Shown: positions 1 to 12,590 of the stretch, piece after piece
Position numbering within the stretch: position 1 is the first letter of the stretch
Layout of the letters: each line of letters starts with the position of its first letter
Source: the human T2T-CHM13v2.0 reference genome, Homo sapiens
Length of the DNA stretch: 64,000 nt
NCBI RefSeq assembly: GCF_009914755.1
Contig: NC_060935.1
Reading direction: 5' to 3' (one strand)
Made by a program: the position numbers and the translations under genes
Notes under the pieces: model-generated
Seen by the model: only the letters and a program-made list of their open reading frames with translations
Told to the model about the DNA's origin: nothing
The model's database searches: none

Positions 1-276
<276 letters not shown>

Positions 277-2625
277 TTAAGGTAGCTTTTCTATGTTCAT
301 AAAGATTAATCTTCTTTTGTTTTCATGTAGTTAAAAAATACAGCAGCTTGTTTTCTAAGCTTCTTGCCTCTGTTCTCTCTCCATCTGTACCTTCTCTTTT
401 CTGTATCTCTATTGTCCCTCCTGCTTAGTATTTATTCTACATCCAGCAGCTTATCTGAGTACCATGTCTTAGCAGGGAGTCCCATGTGGTCAAGTTTTGA
501 GAGTTCCCAAACCGTAGACTGACTGAGCCCTGCCAGTACTTGCTGAAGGCCCCATGTACTTACTGGCTGTGGGACTAAGTAAAACCTCTTCATTTTCAGT
601 GGCCATTTGCAAACTAGCCCACCAAATATTCTAGTAAATCCCTATTGGCTATTTTAGGGGTTCTCTTGTTTTTAGGTCCATAGTATTCCCCATTGAACTC
701 TTCTACTTTCTGATACCAAACGTTTTGTAACTATTGGTGGCTTGTCCTTATGACTTGTATCTTAAGGTTTATGGGAATAACTTGTAGCTAGATTTGCCAT
801 AAGTGTCAATGGCTTTTTGACTTTGCCATCTAGCTCCTTTTTTTCTGTATTTATGCAGGAGTTCAAGAAATTCAAAAATGATGCCCTATCACTGCTGCCA
901 TCTTCCCACAATCTGCACAGATGGTGTTTTCAAACCCCATCTGCTATATCTCCTTGTGACCAAGCATATACTGAAAGAGGTAAGTGAGGGGTAGGGCAAA
1001 ATGGAAGGAAGGTAAGTTTGTTACAGTGAGAAAATATATCTTTTTCTTATTTCTGTAAAATGTAGTATATATAACTAATAACAATTAGCTATAAAATGCC
1101 TCTTCTCTTAGCCCCTCTGCTTATATTCTCCATGGCCTTCTTACTGCTCTGTAAACAGGCTCTATCTTTCAAATGAGTCTATTGAGAATAAAATGTTAAT
1201 TTGTTTGTTTAGGGACACAGATTTCAAGAATGTCATGGATATATATATATGTCCTTTTATTGCAGATGAGGGACCACCTAAGTCCTGATAGAAAAATCCA
1301 GGTTCCTACATGCTAATTCCATTAATATAGATGAAATAGGTCTAAAACTCAGAAATTACCATCTAAAAATAGAAAGCAGAGCTGAACTGGTTTTTCTCTT
1401 CTTATTCACTGATATGAGATTATTTTAATGAGTTAGTAATGGTATTCAATAGTTAGATGCTGTGCTACATTTTCTTAGGCACCATTCTTTATGATAAAGT
1501 GGCTGAGAAATGGATACAATACTCAATTACCAAAGTCAAGATGCATAATTAAGAGCCCTCTAGGGAGCTGACCATAGCCCTGGAAAAGACTGACTTCCTT
1601 GTCTTCCTGTACTTATGAGCTGCTGTTTGAATATAAAATCTGCTTTGTGAATTCCTTAAGAGCTAGTAGGAATGAAAAGAAGAAAATTTGTTCCAATGAA
1701 AATGAAATGGACATGCTTTAAGACCAGTTCTACTTTGGTGAATGTACATATAAGAAAAATAAGGCTATGAGCAACACAATGCTTAGAGTTCAAATAATAA
1801 TCTAGATTGATAAGCATTTTCATCTAAAATGCTCCTTGACAATCACATGTATGTTACAAATAGCTTTTATTTTTTAAAACAACATGGGCTTAGAAGTCAG
1901 GAAAATTTAAATACATGTTTATTTTCTTTGTATTATACAAGTATGTGTATGTGTGGGCACATACACACAAACACACATATAGGCATATATATCTTTATCC
2001 TTGAAGCAGGCCATGGAGAAGAAATAAAACAATGAACCCCTTAGAAGATTTTGATATTCAGCTATTTAGAAATTTACTTTGTTATCTTTAAAGGAAATGA
2101 AAGCTATGACATATACTTTTCATTTAGTGAGTATCATTCTATAGATCATGAGGAAGTGCTCATGTTATTTTGAAAGATTTTATTTTTCTTTTTAACTGAA
2201 CTTAGGTGGAGGACAAGAGAAGGGAAGTACTATATAATAGAGCAACTTCTGCTGGTAACATCAGAGATATTTAAATGTCCTTATATGTTTATTATAAAAT
2301 TAAGCAAAACAAAAGTATTATGTACTGTCAATATTAATAATCTTATTTTAATATCACAACCAGCAAAATATTAAATATTAAATTTAATATTTATAAATTA
2401 ATATTGCTATTAATTTATAAAATTAATAGCAATAGCTATAAAAATAGGAAGTGCTTGCTCATTAAATATACTGAGAAATAGAAATGCAGAGATAAAATTC
2501 AGAGACATTGCTATACACTGACAACAATTTTGAAAATTCATGTTTGGTTTTCAAAGATTTAACATTATCTAAAATTTCCATTTTAATAGATATTTTGATA
2601 TATAAAGACCTTCATGTCAAACATG

Positions 2626-2628
<3 letters not shown>

Positions 2629-2666
<38 letters not shown>
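2629..2666. repeat. (AC)n microsatellite, about 19 units
   Basis: Uninterrupted AC run seen directly. Confidence 0.97.
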
Positions 2667-2668
<2 letters not shown>

Positions 2669-4204
2669 TTTGATCTTTATATATCAAATAGTAAGTGTTC
2701 AACAAGTATTTGCAAAATTATTCAATTGATAACACATACATATGTAAAGGAATTCTTATTGTCCAAGAAAATGTTTTCAACTCCTTACAGTGAAAAAATT
2801 GTGCATGGAAACAAATGTTATACATAAAAACAATAAGTAATGACTGATCAGTTATAAAACTAGTCTCTTTTTACACGTTGCTCCAAAGGGAACAATAGAT
2901 ACTATCTTCCATACATGGTCTCATTTCTACAGGTCAGTCTCTCCTATATTTAGCTATATAATGCAAATATGAGTCAAATGAATTTCAGAGTGAAATGTTA
3001 AATCTTGCAAAGATGTGGAATTTTATAAAATCTCTGAATAGAATGTTGGATATGATTGCTGAGTTTAATTATGAATTTGATAAAAATTCAAATCTAGTAG
3101 AACTCTATCACTTAACAATTGAAGAAAAAAATTGAGATGAATGATGACATAGTAGGTACTTCAAAAGAGAAATAACTAATATCAAATAAAATTTTGTAAA
3201 ACTCTTACTCTGACAAAATTAATGACTTTATAATAAAGCTATAAAAGTTAAAAATAAGAACACTTCTTTTTTTCATTTTAAACATTAGCTCATAACCTCA
3301 TTTAGAATCCAAATTTCAACTTACTTTTGTGATATTTATTCTCACATGTTAAAGATAAAAGCTTGATAATTTTTTGTCAAATCTAAAATATGTTCAGTTT
3401 TGCTGTAATGGAATCCTGGTAGGAAAATTTTTCTTATTAACTGCACTCAGATATTGAGGATTTCCAGGATTTTCCACAATGTCCATTGGGAAGCCACTCA
3501 ATTTATCCAGTTTTCCATTTTATTATTATATGGACTATGATATAAAGAAAGTGATTGGCCCAGATAATATCCATTTGCTCTTTTAAATCTAGATATTTAA
3601 TTATATAATCCTGTCAATTATTTCATTATGTTTCCCCTCACCTACAACTTTTCTGTACATTCCTACAACCACCCCTTCAGTCATGCTTAGACTACTCTGC
3701 TCCATATCTCATATTTAATATGCATTTGCAAAATATTTCAAGCCAATACACAAACACTGCAGAGAAATAGGCATACACTAATACAATTACAAGTAATCCT
3801 CCTACTTTAATTATTAATCATCAAAAAAATTTTGAACACCATTGTACAGAACCGTAAGATTTTCTTTAAGCTACAGAAAGGTTCAGGGAAGCAGTTTATT
3901 CTAATAGTTGAAAGCATGGGTGTTGGCGTTAGAAAAACCCTAAAGCCCATTTTGATGCTAATTAAATGGTTTTGTTTTGGTTACTAAAACAAAACAAGTT
4001 ACTAAATCTATTTAATAGATGGAAAAACAAGTTCTATTTTTCTTATCTGAAAACCTGGGATATAATAGAGCACCATAAATATGCTGAGTGAAGAATTAAA
4101 TAAGAAACACAGTAACTGCTTACTGCATAGAAATTGTTCTATAACTAGTTACAGTGGGCTTCATGTCAAAGCCATGACTATGGCTTCTTTTCCTTTCTTT
4201 TAAT

Positions 4205-4598
4205 TTTCTTTTCCTTTTTTTTTTTTTAATCATACTTTAAGTTCTGGGATACATGTGCAGAATGTGCAGGTTTGTTACATAGGTATACACATGCCATGGT
4301 GGTTTGCTGCAACCATCAACCCGTCATCTATATTAAGTATTTCTCCTAATGCTCTCCCTTCCCTAGTCCCTCACCCACTGTCAGGGCCAGGTGTGTGATG
4401 TTCCCCTCCCTGTGTCCATGTGTTCTCATTGTTCAACTCCCACTTATAAGTAAGAACATGTGGTGTTTGGTTTCCTGTTCTTGTATTAGTTTGCTGAGAA
4501 TGATGGTTTCCAGCATCATCCATGTCCCTGCAAAGGACATGAACTCATCCTTTTTGATGGCTCCATAATATTCCATGGGGTATATGTGCCACATTTTC
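4205..4598 (-). mobile_element. L1PA (approx. L1PA6/7) 3' end fragment
   Basis: Poly-T followed by ATACTTTAAGTTCTGGGATACATGTGCAG...GAGAATGATGGTTTCCAGC, the antisense L1PA 3'UTR. Confidence 0.92.
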
Positions 4599-4611
4599 AC
4601 ATATAGAATGA

Positions 4612-5033
4612 AGTTGACCCTTGAAAAACTGGGTCCTTACATGGGATTAGTGGCACCAAAGTTTATGTATAACTTTTGACTCTGCAAAATGTTAATTACT
4701 AATAGCCTACTCATAACCAGATGCCTTACTCATGACATAGTCAATTCACACATATTTGTATATTACATGTATTATATACTATATTCTTCCAATAAAGTGA
4801 GGTATAAAATGTTGTTGAGAAAAATGTAGGGAAAGGAAAATATATTCACTATTCATTAAGTGGAAGTGGATCGATATTAAGATCTTCATTCTCATTAGCT
4901 TCACATTGAACAGGCAGAGGAGGAAGAAGTGGAGGAGGGCTTGGTCTTTCTATCTCGGGGTGGCAGAGGCAAGAGAAAATCCACATATAAGTGGATCTTT
5001 CAGTTACAACCACTGTTGTTCAAGGATCAACTG
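4612..5033 (-). mobile_element. Tigger2a/MER28-like TcMar DNA transposon
   Basis: Terminal inverted repeats AGTTGACCCTTGAA and TTCAAGGATCAACTG followed by TA; internal ATTCATTAAGTGGAAGTGGATC and GAGGAGGAAGAAG. Confidence 0.85.
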
Positions 5034-5194
5034 TATTTGTAAATGGACTGTTTCTTGCAGGGGGGTGTTGAACCAAGTTGAGTCCAGTAGATTTGAATAT
5101 GATAAATCTTCAAAATTAATTTGAAATACACTCCACAAACGCTATGAATTAAAAGAAAATCATTACATTAAAATTTCAATAATATGGATTTTAA

Positions 5195-5900
5195 GGAGTT
5201 TCTGGTTTCAAAATGGCAGTATAGAAGCAAGCTGACTTCACTCTTGCTTCACAGAAAACAAAAAATAAATATACAGCACCAAGATCATCACAAGCAATAT
5301 CTTAGAACTTGAATATGAGAAGGAGACAGCTCTCATAGCCACATAGAAGTGAAAAAATTCTGAGCAGATAATAAGAGAATTGAACTTCCATATCCATGAT
5401 GCCCCTCCCCACAACCTTCTGATATTCTGGGCGTCAAGCACTCTGAAAATGTCTTCCTGACTCATGGTTTCTACACTGGAACACATGATCTGAAGGTAGA
5501 CAACCAACTTCTCCAACATCTTAGGTTTCCTGGAAGGAGACTTGTCTCTGCCTCAACCCACAGGAAGCATCACAAGCACCCAAAGGGAAAAATATCCCTG
5601 AGGACAGCCAGAAACAAAGGGGAAAGATAAGACTGGTATCCCCAGCTCTGGAAACTGCTCTCAACTTGGCCAAAAGAGATCAAATCAGAGCAGCTGTTCA
5701 GCAGCACTATGCTGTGGGAGGTACATTTCACAAGTCCCCTGGGCATGAACGCCCAGCTGGCCTGCCCACACTGTCAGGATATTCCCTATGGGACCTCCCC
5801 CATTCTGTACAGGTAGCTCAAGTGAATCATTCTGGATTCCTACAGGAAGTAGAACAGTCACAATCGTGTTCTACAACTGAGGCAAACCTGGGCTTAAGGC
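5195..5900 (+). mobile_element. Old L1 (L1M2-like) 5'UTR fragment without downstream ORFs
   Basis: Starts TTCTGGTTTCAAAATGGCAGTATAGAAGCAAGCTGACTTCACT (L1 5' terminus with YY1-type AAATGGC); ends GAGGCAAACCTGGGCTTAAGG. Confidence 0.7.
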
Positions 5901-6254
5901 ACATGAGTAATATGTATCAATTTAACCATGGTTATATTCAAAATATTTCTCAACAGATTCCACGCCAATCAGAATGGAAGGCAGTTATGATCAACCATAT
6001 GGATGTATGAATGCATATCAACTGAATATCAGCTTTGAATGTTACAAGTATATAATTTCTCACCTCTCATTATTACTGACCACTTATATTACTCATTGCT
6101 TTTATGTCCAGTTTTCTTAAATGTTGGAAGTCATGTGTAGTTAATAGTCTCTTTTACCTTGAACATAAAGTTAAGATATCCCATTCATTCAAGCGAATAG
6201 TATGTTAACAGAAGTGAATCATGCTGGGTTTCTGCAAGAGGTAGCAGTCACATT

Positions 6255-6651
6255 TGCAAGAAAATTACAAGGAATGAGAGCCATGAGGCTATTAACTGCA
6301 AAGCTGCTAACTCCCCAAGGCCTAAAGAAACAACGGACAGGAGGTACCTAGCATCTGATTGGAGAGAGTCCTGTAGAGAAGACTATCCTGGTAGGAGCAG
6401 TGACATTTGCTGGAAAAACTCAGCTAGCCTGATGCAAACTTCCAGGTAGAAAGCCAGGGGACATATCCTACCTTCTGCTTCTCTCCCTCTGATGACTTTC
6501 CAGGGCTTCTTATTAGCCAAACTCTGTCAGAAGCCAGAAAGTAAGGTGACATTCCTCCATGTAGTCCATAAAGCTCAGACCTCTGAAGCAGAATATTAAA
6601 GAGAGATGGCTGGAGAATGAATCTGAAAGGGCAAAAAGTATATACTGGCCC
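6255..6651 (-). mobile_element. Ancient ERVL LTR, LTR33-like
   Basis: TAGCCAAACTCTGTCAGAAGCCAGA, ATGTAGTCCATA and GGAGAATGAATCTGAAAGGGCAAA resemble LTR33; edges approximate. Confidence 0.55.
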
Positions 6652-6705
6652 AATTAGACCGTCTCTTTTTACCTCGTCCTCGTATCAAGTATTTAACTCT
6701 GATAC

Positions 6706-9304
6706 TGTATTAGTCTGTTTTCACATTGCTATAAAGAAATACCAGAGACTGCGTAATATATAAAGAAAATGTTTCATTGGCTTATGTTTCCACAGGCTGT
6801 ACAGAAAACACGATGTTGTCTTCTTCTTGGCTTTTGAGGAGGCCTCAGGAAAATTACAATCATGGTGAAAGGCAAAGAGGAATATTCCACAAGTCCCCTG
6901 GGCTTGAACCCCCACCCAATCCCACACTGACAGGATTCTCCCTGTGGGACGTCCCCGATTCTGGACAGGCAGCTCTCTTATTGTTTACTAGAATCAAGGC
7001 AAACCTGGGCCAGCATTTCACATGGCTGGAGCAGGAGGAAGGGAGAGAGAGGGGGCAGGTGCTACAAACTTTTAAAAACCATGTCTCTTATGAGAATTCT
7101 GTCATGAGAACAGCATAAAAAGAATGGTGCTAAACCATTCATGAAATATGCACCCCCATGATCCAATCACTCCCCAAGAAGGCCCCACCTCCAACATTGA
7201 TGATTTCAATTGAACATGAGATTTGGATAGGAACACAGATCCAAACCATATAATTCCACCCCTGGCCCCTCCCAAATCTCATGCCCCAAATCTCATGCCC
7301 TTCTCACAGTGCAAAATACAATCATGGTTTTCCAACAGTCGCCCAAAGTCTTATCTCACTCATTCTAGCATTAACTCAAATGCCCAAAGTTCAAAGTCTC
7401 ATCGGAGACAAGGCTAGTCCATTCCGCCTATAAACCTGTAAAATCAAAAACAAGTTGGATACTCCAAAGATACAATGGAGGTATAGGCCTTGAGTAAATA
7501 TTCTCACTCCAAAAGGGAGAAATTGGCCAAAAGAAAGGGTCTGCAGGCTTCATGCAAGTCTGAAAACCAGCAGGGAAGTCATTAAATCTCAAAGCTCCAA
7601 AATAATCTCCTTTGACTCAATGTCCCATATCCAGGGCATACTGATGCAAGGGGTGGACTCCCAAGGCTTTGGGCAACTTTGTGCCTGTGGCTTTGCAGAA
7701 TTCAGCCCCCACAGCTGCTCTCGAGTGCTTGCATTGAGTGCTTGTGGCTTTTCTAGGCACAGGGTGAAAGCAGCCAGCGAATCTACCATTCCAGGGTCTA
7801 GAGAATAGTGGTCCTCTTCTCACAGCTCCACTAGACAGTGCCTCAGTGAGTACTCTGTGTGGGGGCCCAACCCCACATTTCCTCTCTGCTGTAGTAGAGG
7901 TTCTCCATGAGGGCTCTGCCCCTGCAGCAGGCTTCTGCCTGGACTTTTTCATACATCCTCTGAAATCTAGGCAGAGGATCCCAAGCCTCAACTCTTGCAC
8001 TCTGTGCATCTTCCAGACTTAACACTACTTGGAAGCCACCAAGGCTTACATCTTGCACCCTCTGAAGCAGCAGTCCAAACTGCACCTGGGCCCCTTTGAA
8101 CCATAGCAGGAGCTGGAGTAGCCAGGTTGTAGGGAGTGGTGTCCTAGTGTCCTGAGGCTGTGCAGGGTAGTGGGGCCCAGGGCCTGGCCCATGAAACCAT
8201 TCTTCTGTCCTAGGCCTCTGTGCCTGTGATGAGAGGGGCTGCCTTAAAGTTCTCTGAAATGCCTTCCAGGCCTTTGTCCCATTGTCTGGGCTATTAGCAC
8301 TTGGCTCCTTTTTACTTATGCAAATTTCTGCACCCTGTTTGAATTCCTCCCCTGAAAATGGAATTTTCTTTTACACCACATGGCCAGGCTGCAAATTTTC
8401 CAAACTTTCGCACTCTGGTTTCCTTATAAGTTCTAGTTTTATGTCATTTCTTCATTCACATATATGAGCATGGGTTTTTAGAAGCAGCCAGGCTACATCT
8501 TGAACACTTTGTTGCTTAGAAATTTCTTCTGCAAGATATCCTAAATTATGACTCTCAAGTTCAAAGTTTCACAGATCCCTAAGACAGGGGCACAATGCAC
8601 CCAGGTTCTTTGCTAAAGTATAACAAAAGTGACCTTTGCTCCAGTTCCCAGTAAGTTCCTCATCTCCATCTGAGACCTCATCAGCATGGTCATCTTTGTC
8701 CATATCACTATAACCATTTGGGTCACAACCATTCAACAAGTATCAGGGAAGTTCCCAATTTTCCCTTATCTTCCTATCTTCTTCTGAGCCCTTCACACTC
8801 TTCCAACCTCTACAAATTACCCAGTTCCAAAGTTGCTTCCACATTGCCAGGTGTCTTTATAGCAATGCCCACTCCTCAGGACCAATTTTCTGTATTAGTC
8901 TGTTCTCACATTGTTATAAACAAATACCAGAAACTGGGTAATTTAGAAGGAAAAGAGGTTTGAGTGGCTCCCAGTTCCTTAGGCTGTACAGGAAGTATGG
9001 TGCTGACATCTGCTTGGCTTCTAAGGAGCCCTCAGGAACTTATAATCATAGCAAAAGACAAAGAGGGAGCCAGAACTTCACATGGCTGGAGCAGGGGGAA
9101 GAAGCGGGTAGTGCTACACACTTTTAAACAATCAGATCTCATAAGAACTCTATCACGAGAACTGCAGCAAAGGAAAGGTATTAAACCATTCATGTAGGAT
9201 GCACTGGCAATGATCCAATCACCTCCCACCAGGCCTAACCTCTGACACTGGGGATTACAATTGAACCTGATATTTGGGTGGGAACATAGATCCAAACCAT
9301 ATCA
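6706..9304 (-). mobile_element. Full-length MaLR provirus, MST (MSTB-like): LTR 6706-7253, internal region 7254-8890, LTR 8891-9304
   Basis: Both LTRs read TGTATTAGTC...CCAAACCATAT(C/A)A; MST/THE-type internal sequence lies between them; exact 5-bp TSD GATAC at 6701-6705 and 9305-9309. Confidence 0.93.
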
Positions 9305-10131
9305 GATACCATAGAAATCAAAAGGTGGTTTTGACCTACGCTATGCTCTGATCTAAACCCTTACAAAAAGGCAAATATTTTGAGATTTGAACAAATATGT
9401 TACACCATCTATTATCAGACTCCATTATCTGAATTTTCCCTTGGAAAAGTTAAATTTCTACTGTGTTTAATATTGAAACATTGTATACACATTCTTCAGA
9501 GTGACACAGGAAGAGTTAAAACTTGTAACCTCAAGCTTACTACAAAAAAAAATGTATTTTTCTTAAGTCAGAAAGAAAGTTACTGACACACTGAATTGGG
9601 AAGTCACACTCAATGCTCACATGAGTAATTGGCTCTGATGCTAACGACCAAGTGCTCTTAGAAAGTTTATAAGATATCATCAATTTTAAATGAGAGCAAC
9701 AAATTTGCTAAGGTTTATTATTTAATGTCAGCAGCTAACTCTACACTGTGCCCTGTAGGGAAATAGCTACATACTGAAGAAATATCCTACTAGGAAATAA
9801 AGTTCCAAGATCCAAATAAAGGAGTTAATGTAGCAGGAGAAATTTCTAATACGTGCTGAACACAGTAACCATCTCCCCAGAACAGTGATAGCCAAATATT
9901 TTCTTGGAATCTAGGCATAGCTGGTCTTGGGCAGAGCTGTTTGTCTGGAACGGAGACAAATGAAACACACCTGGAATCTCCAGAACAAAAAAATATTTCT
10001 TCTGTAAGGTCCATGGGGCACAGGAGCAATTTTATTAAAGACAATGTCAGATGAATAAGAAAATTCAGAAATTAGAAAAGGCAGTGGGGTGCCACAGGAC
10101 CATTCTACTTGTGATTAGTAAAAGTGTGTTT

Positions 10132-10461
<330 letters not shown>

Positions 10462-11728
10462 TTAGGGTCTGGAAATCTCACAGTAAAATCAAATGAAAGA
10501 AGTGTCTCTAGACCTCATGAATACCCCCAAATAAATGATATAAGAAAGGTTAAATGGTCAGGCTAAACATCAAGGAACCAATATTTATGATACGTTGTCA
10601 AAAGATGGTTTAACACTTACTACCCCAATAATTCCATATTGTAGGCTTTTTTGGAGCAGTCATACTTTTATTTCCTTATGGAATAAACTGCCTATTTATA
10701 GAAAATCCAAGTCAGAATGTTTGAGAATCAAGATATTATTGAAAGTTCCATTTGAGGATATTACATATGTGATGGAATTTTCACTACCAAAATTAAATAA
10801 GCTGCAGTATCTGTCATGAATGCTGACCTCTTCTTATAGAACCTCAGAGACTCGTTGCTGACCCAGTGATATCACTTAGAATTAAAATGCTACCAGAAGG
10901 AATGGTTTCATTAAAAGTCCACTTCGACAGCAGGTTGTCAAATATTTTAGTATAACTCTAGGAAGGCAGAAATCCCATTGGATCCTTCCAAGTGTTCAAA
11001 GCCTTCATTTTCTTTCTGTCTTATTTAATTTTGAAAGAAGGTCAACAGAATGGAATTTACTAGGGTAAGCCCTTGACTAATCCTGTCTTCTTGAGCTCCT
11101 GCCAACTATAGTAAAGTAAAATAGACTCTATAAGAAAGACAAAACTATCTGCTTCCAACAACCCGAACTTTCTAAGAACTTACATTGGGGGGGACTTAGT
11201 GCTATAATTTTAAGTCTTAGAAGAAAATATTTTCAAGGTGTTTACACGACCAGTTTCTGATATAGAAATCTTAGGCAAAAAAGTATATATGTAAAGATAC
11301 TTTGTTTCCAAATCCTGAAGTGACAGTAGCCACAGGATGAAACAAGAGAGACAAGGTGGAAGACAACCAAAAGGGTTTAGATACCAACCCCAAGGAAAGC
11401 CCAAATAGAACTCTAAATATTCAGTACCAAATGCAGAAATCAAAAAGGACATTCAGAAATACCCATGTTGCATAGAGCATGATATTCAAAGCAAACTAGT
11501 CTTTACTTTTTTAAGAGAAATTTTTAAAGCCTATGCAACAAGACAGGAAATAGTAAAAGGTTGCTAAACCATAATTTAACATTTTTAACAAAGTCAGTGG
11601 TAGACTAATCTATGCTTAATAGATTTAATTGCGACTAAGATTTTCCTGGAGAAGATAGAGACGTAGCCTATTTCCAGAGCTATGCAGAATTCCTGTGCAT
11701 AAAGACAACTTAGTGGATATCTAATTTG

Positions 11729-11897
11729 ATGGTTCTCAGTCTCCACTGTGCATCAGAATCAGCTTAAAATATTTTTAAAAATATATCCCAACTCCAATCC
11801 TGGATATTCTGGTTCAATTGCTCTAGGATGCGGCTGGTCACTGGTATTATTTTTTCCCCAGGTATTTTGGTTACACATGAGAGCTGATAACCACTGG
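11729..11897. mobile_element. MER5-like hAT-Charlie fossil
   Basis: TGGTTCTCAG...GCATCAGAATCA...GATAACCACTG termini. Confidence 0.6.
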
Positions 11898-12019
11898 TCT
11901 GATTGAACCTGAATCACTTATTTTACTGGTGAGAAAAGGGTAAGAGATGTTATGTGATCTATACAAAATCACCCTGTTCGTCTGTAGAAATAGCACAGAA
12001 TTTGTGACCAGAAGATATA

Positions 12020-12210
12020 GGTCTGTTGTGGCTCTCTTATTGAGTAATTGTGTAAAATTGTGCAAATTATTTAACGCTCATTCTCTGGAAATTTATTTGG
12101 AATATGAAAATATAATATCTACTTAACTCACAGGGTTGTTGAGAGAATCAAGTGACATCAACTATGTAAAAGTACTTTGTAAAGTGCAAAATACTATATA
12201 CATGTTAGGA
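12020..12210 (+). mobile_element. MIR SINE
   Basis: Degenerate MIR core: AAATTATTTAAC...TAACTCACAGGGTTGTTGAGAGAATCAAGTGA...ATGTAAAAGTACTT. Confidence 0.6.
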
Positions 12211-12423
12211 GTTGTTTTTGTTGTTATTTGTAGTAAAGGCAAGACTAGAACAGAAGTCTCCTCTGTCCCCTACTTCACTACTGTTAAAATCATTTTCTAT
12301 TTCATTGAGACTATATTATTACACAACCAATTATCAGGCATTGTGTAAACCAGCACATAGTATTAACTAGCTTATTCCCCTACAGTAGCAATTAATTTAC
12401 ATATCCATGACCCAAGCGCTCTA

Positions 12424-12590
12424 CAACTTTGCTATTCAAAGTATGCTTGGTCCAAGAATAAACAGCATTGGCATCACAGGTTACTAGAAATGCAAATCTC
12501 ATGCCTCACTTCAGATCCACTGAATCTGAATCTTCAGTTCAACAAGATCCCCAAGCAATTCGGGTACACTTTAAAGTTTGAAAAGTACTG
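12424..12590. mobile_element. MER5A-like hAT-Charlie fossil
   Basis: CAGCATTGGCATCAC, TAGAAATGCAAATCTC, ACTGAATCTGAATC, AACAAGATCCCCA, AAAGTTTGAAAAGTACTG. Confidence 0.75.

Noticed and set aside
5666-7118. Two ORFs sharing FHKSPG...PTL.G.SLWD, suggesting paralogous genes
   Set aside because: The similarity comes from the duplicated L1 5'UTR DNA segment reported as a finding; there is no gene structure
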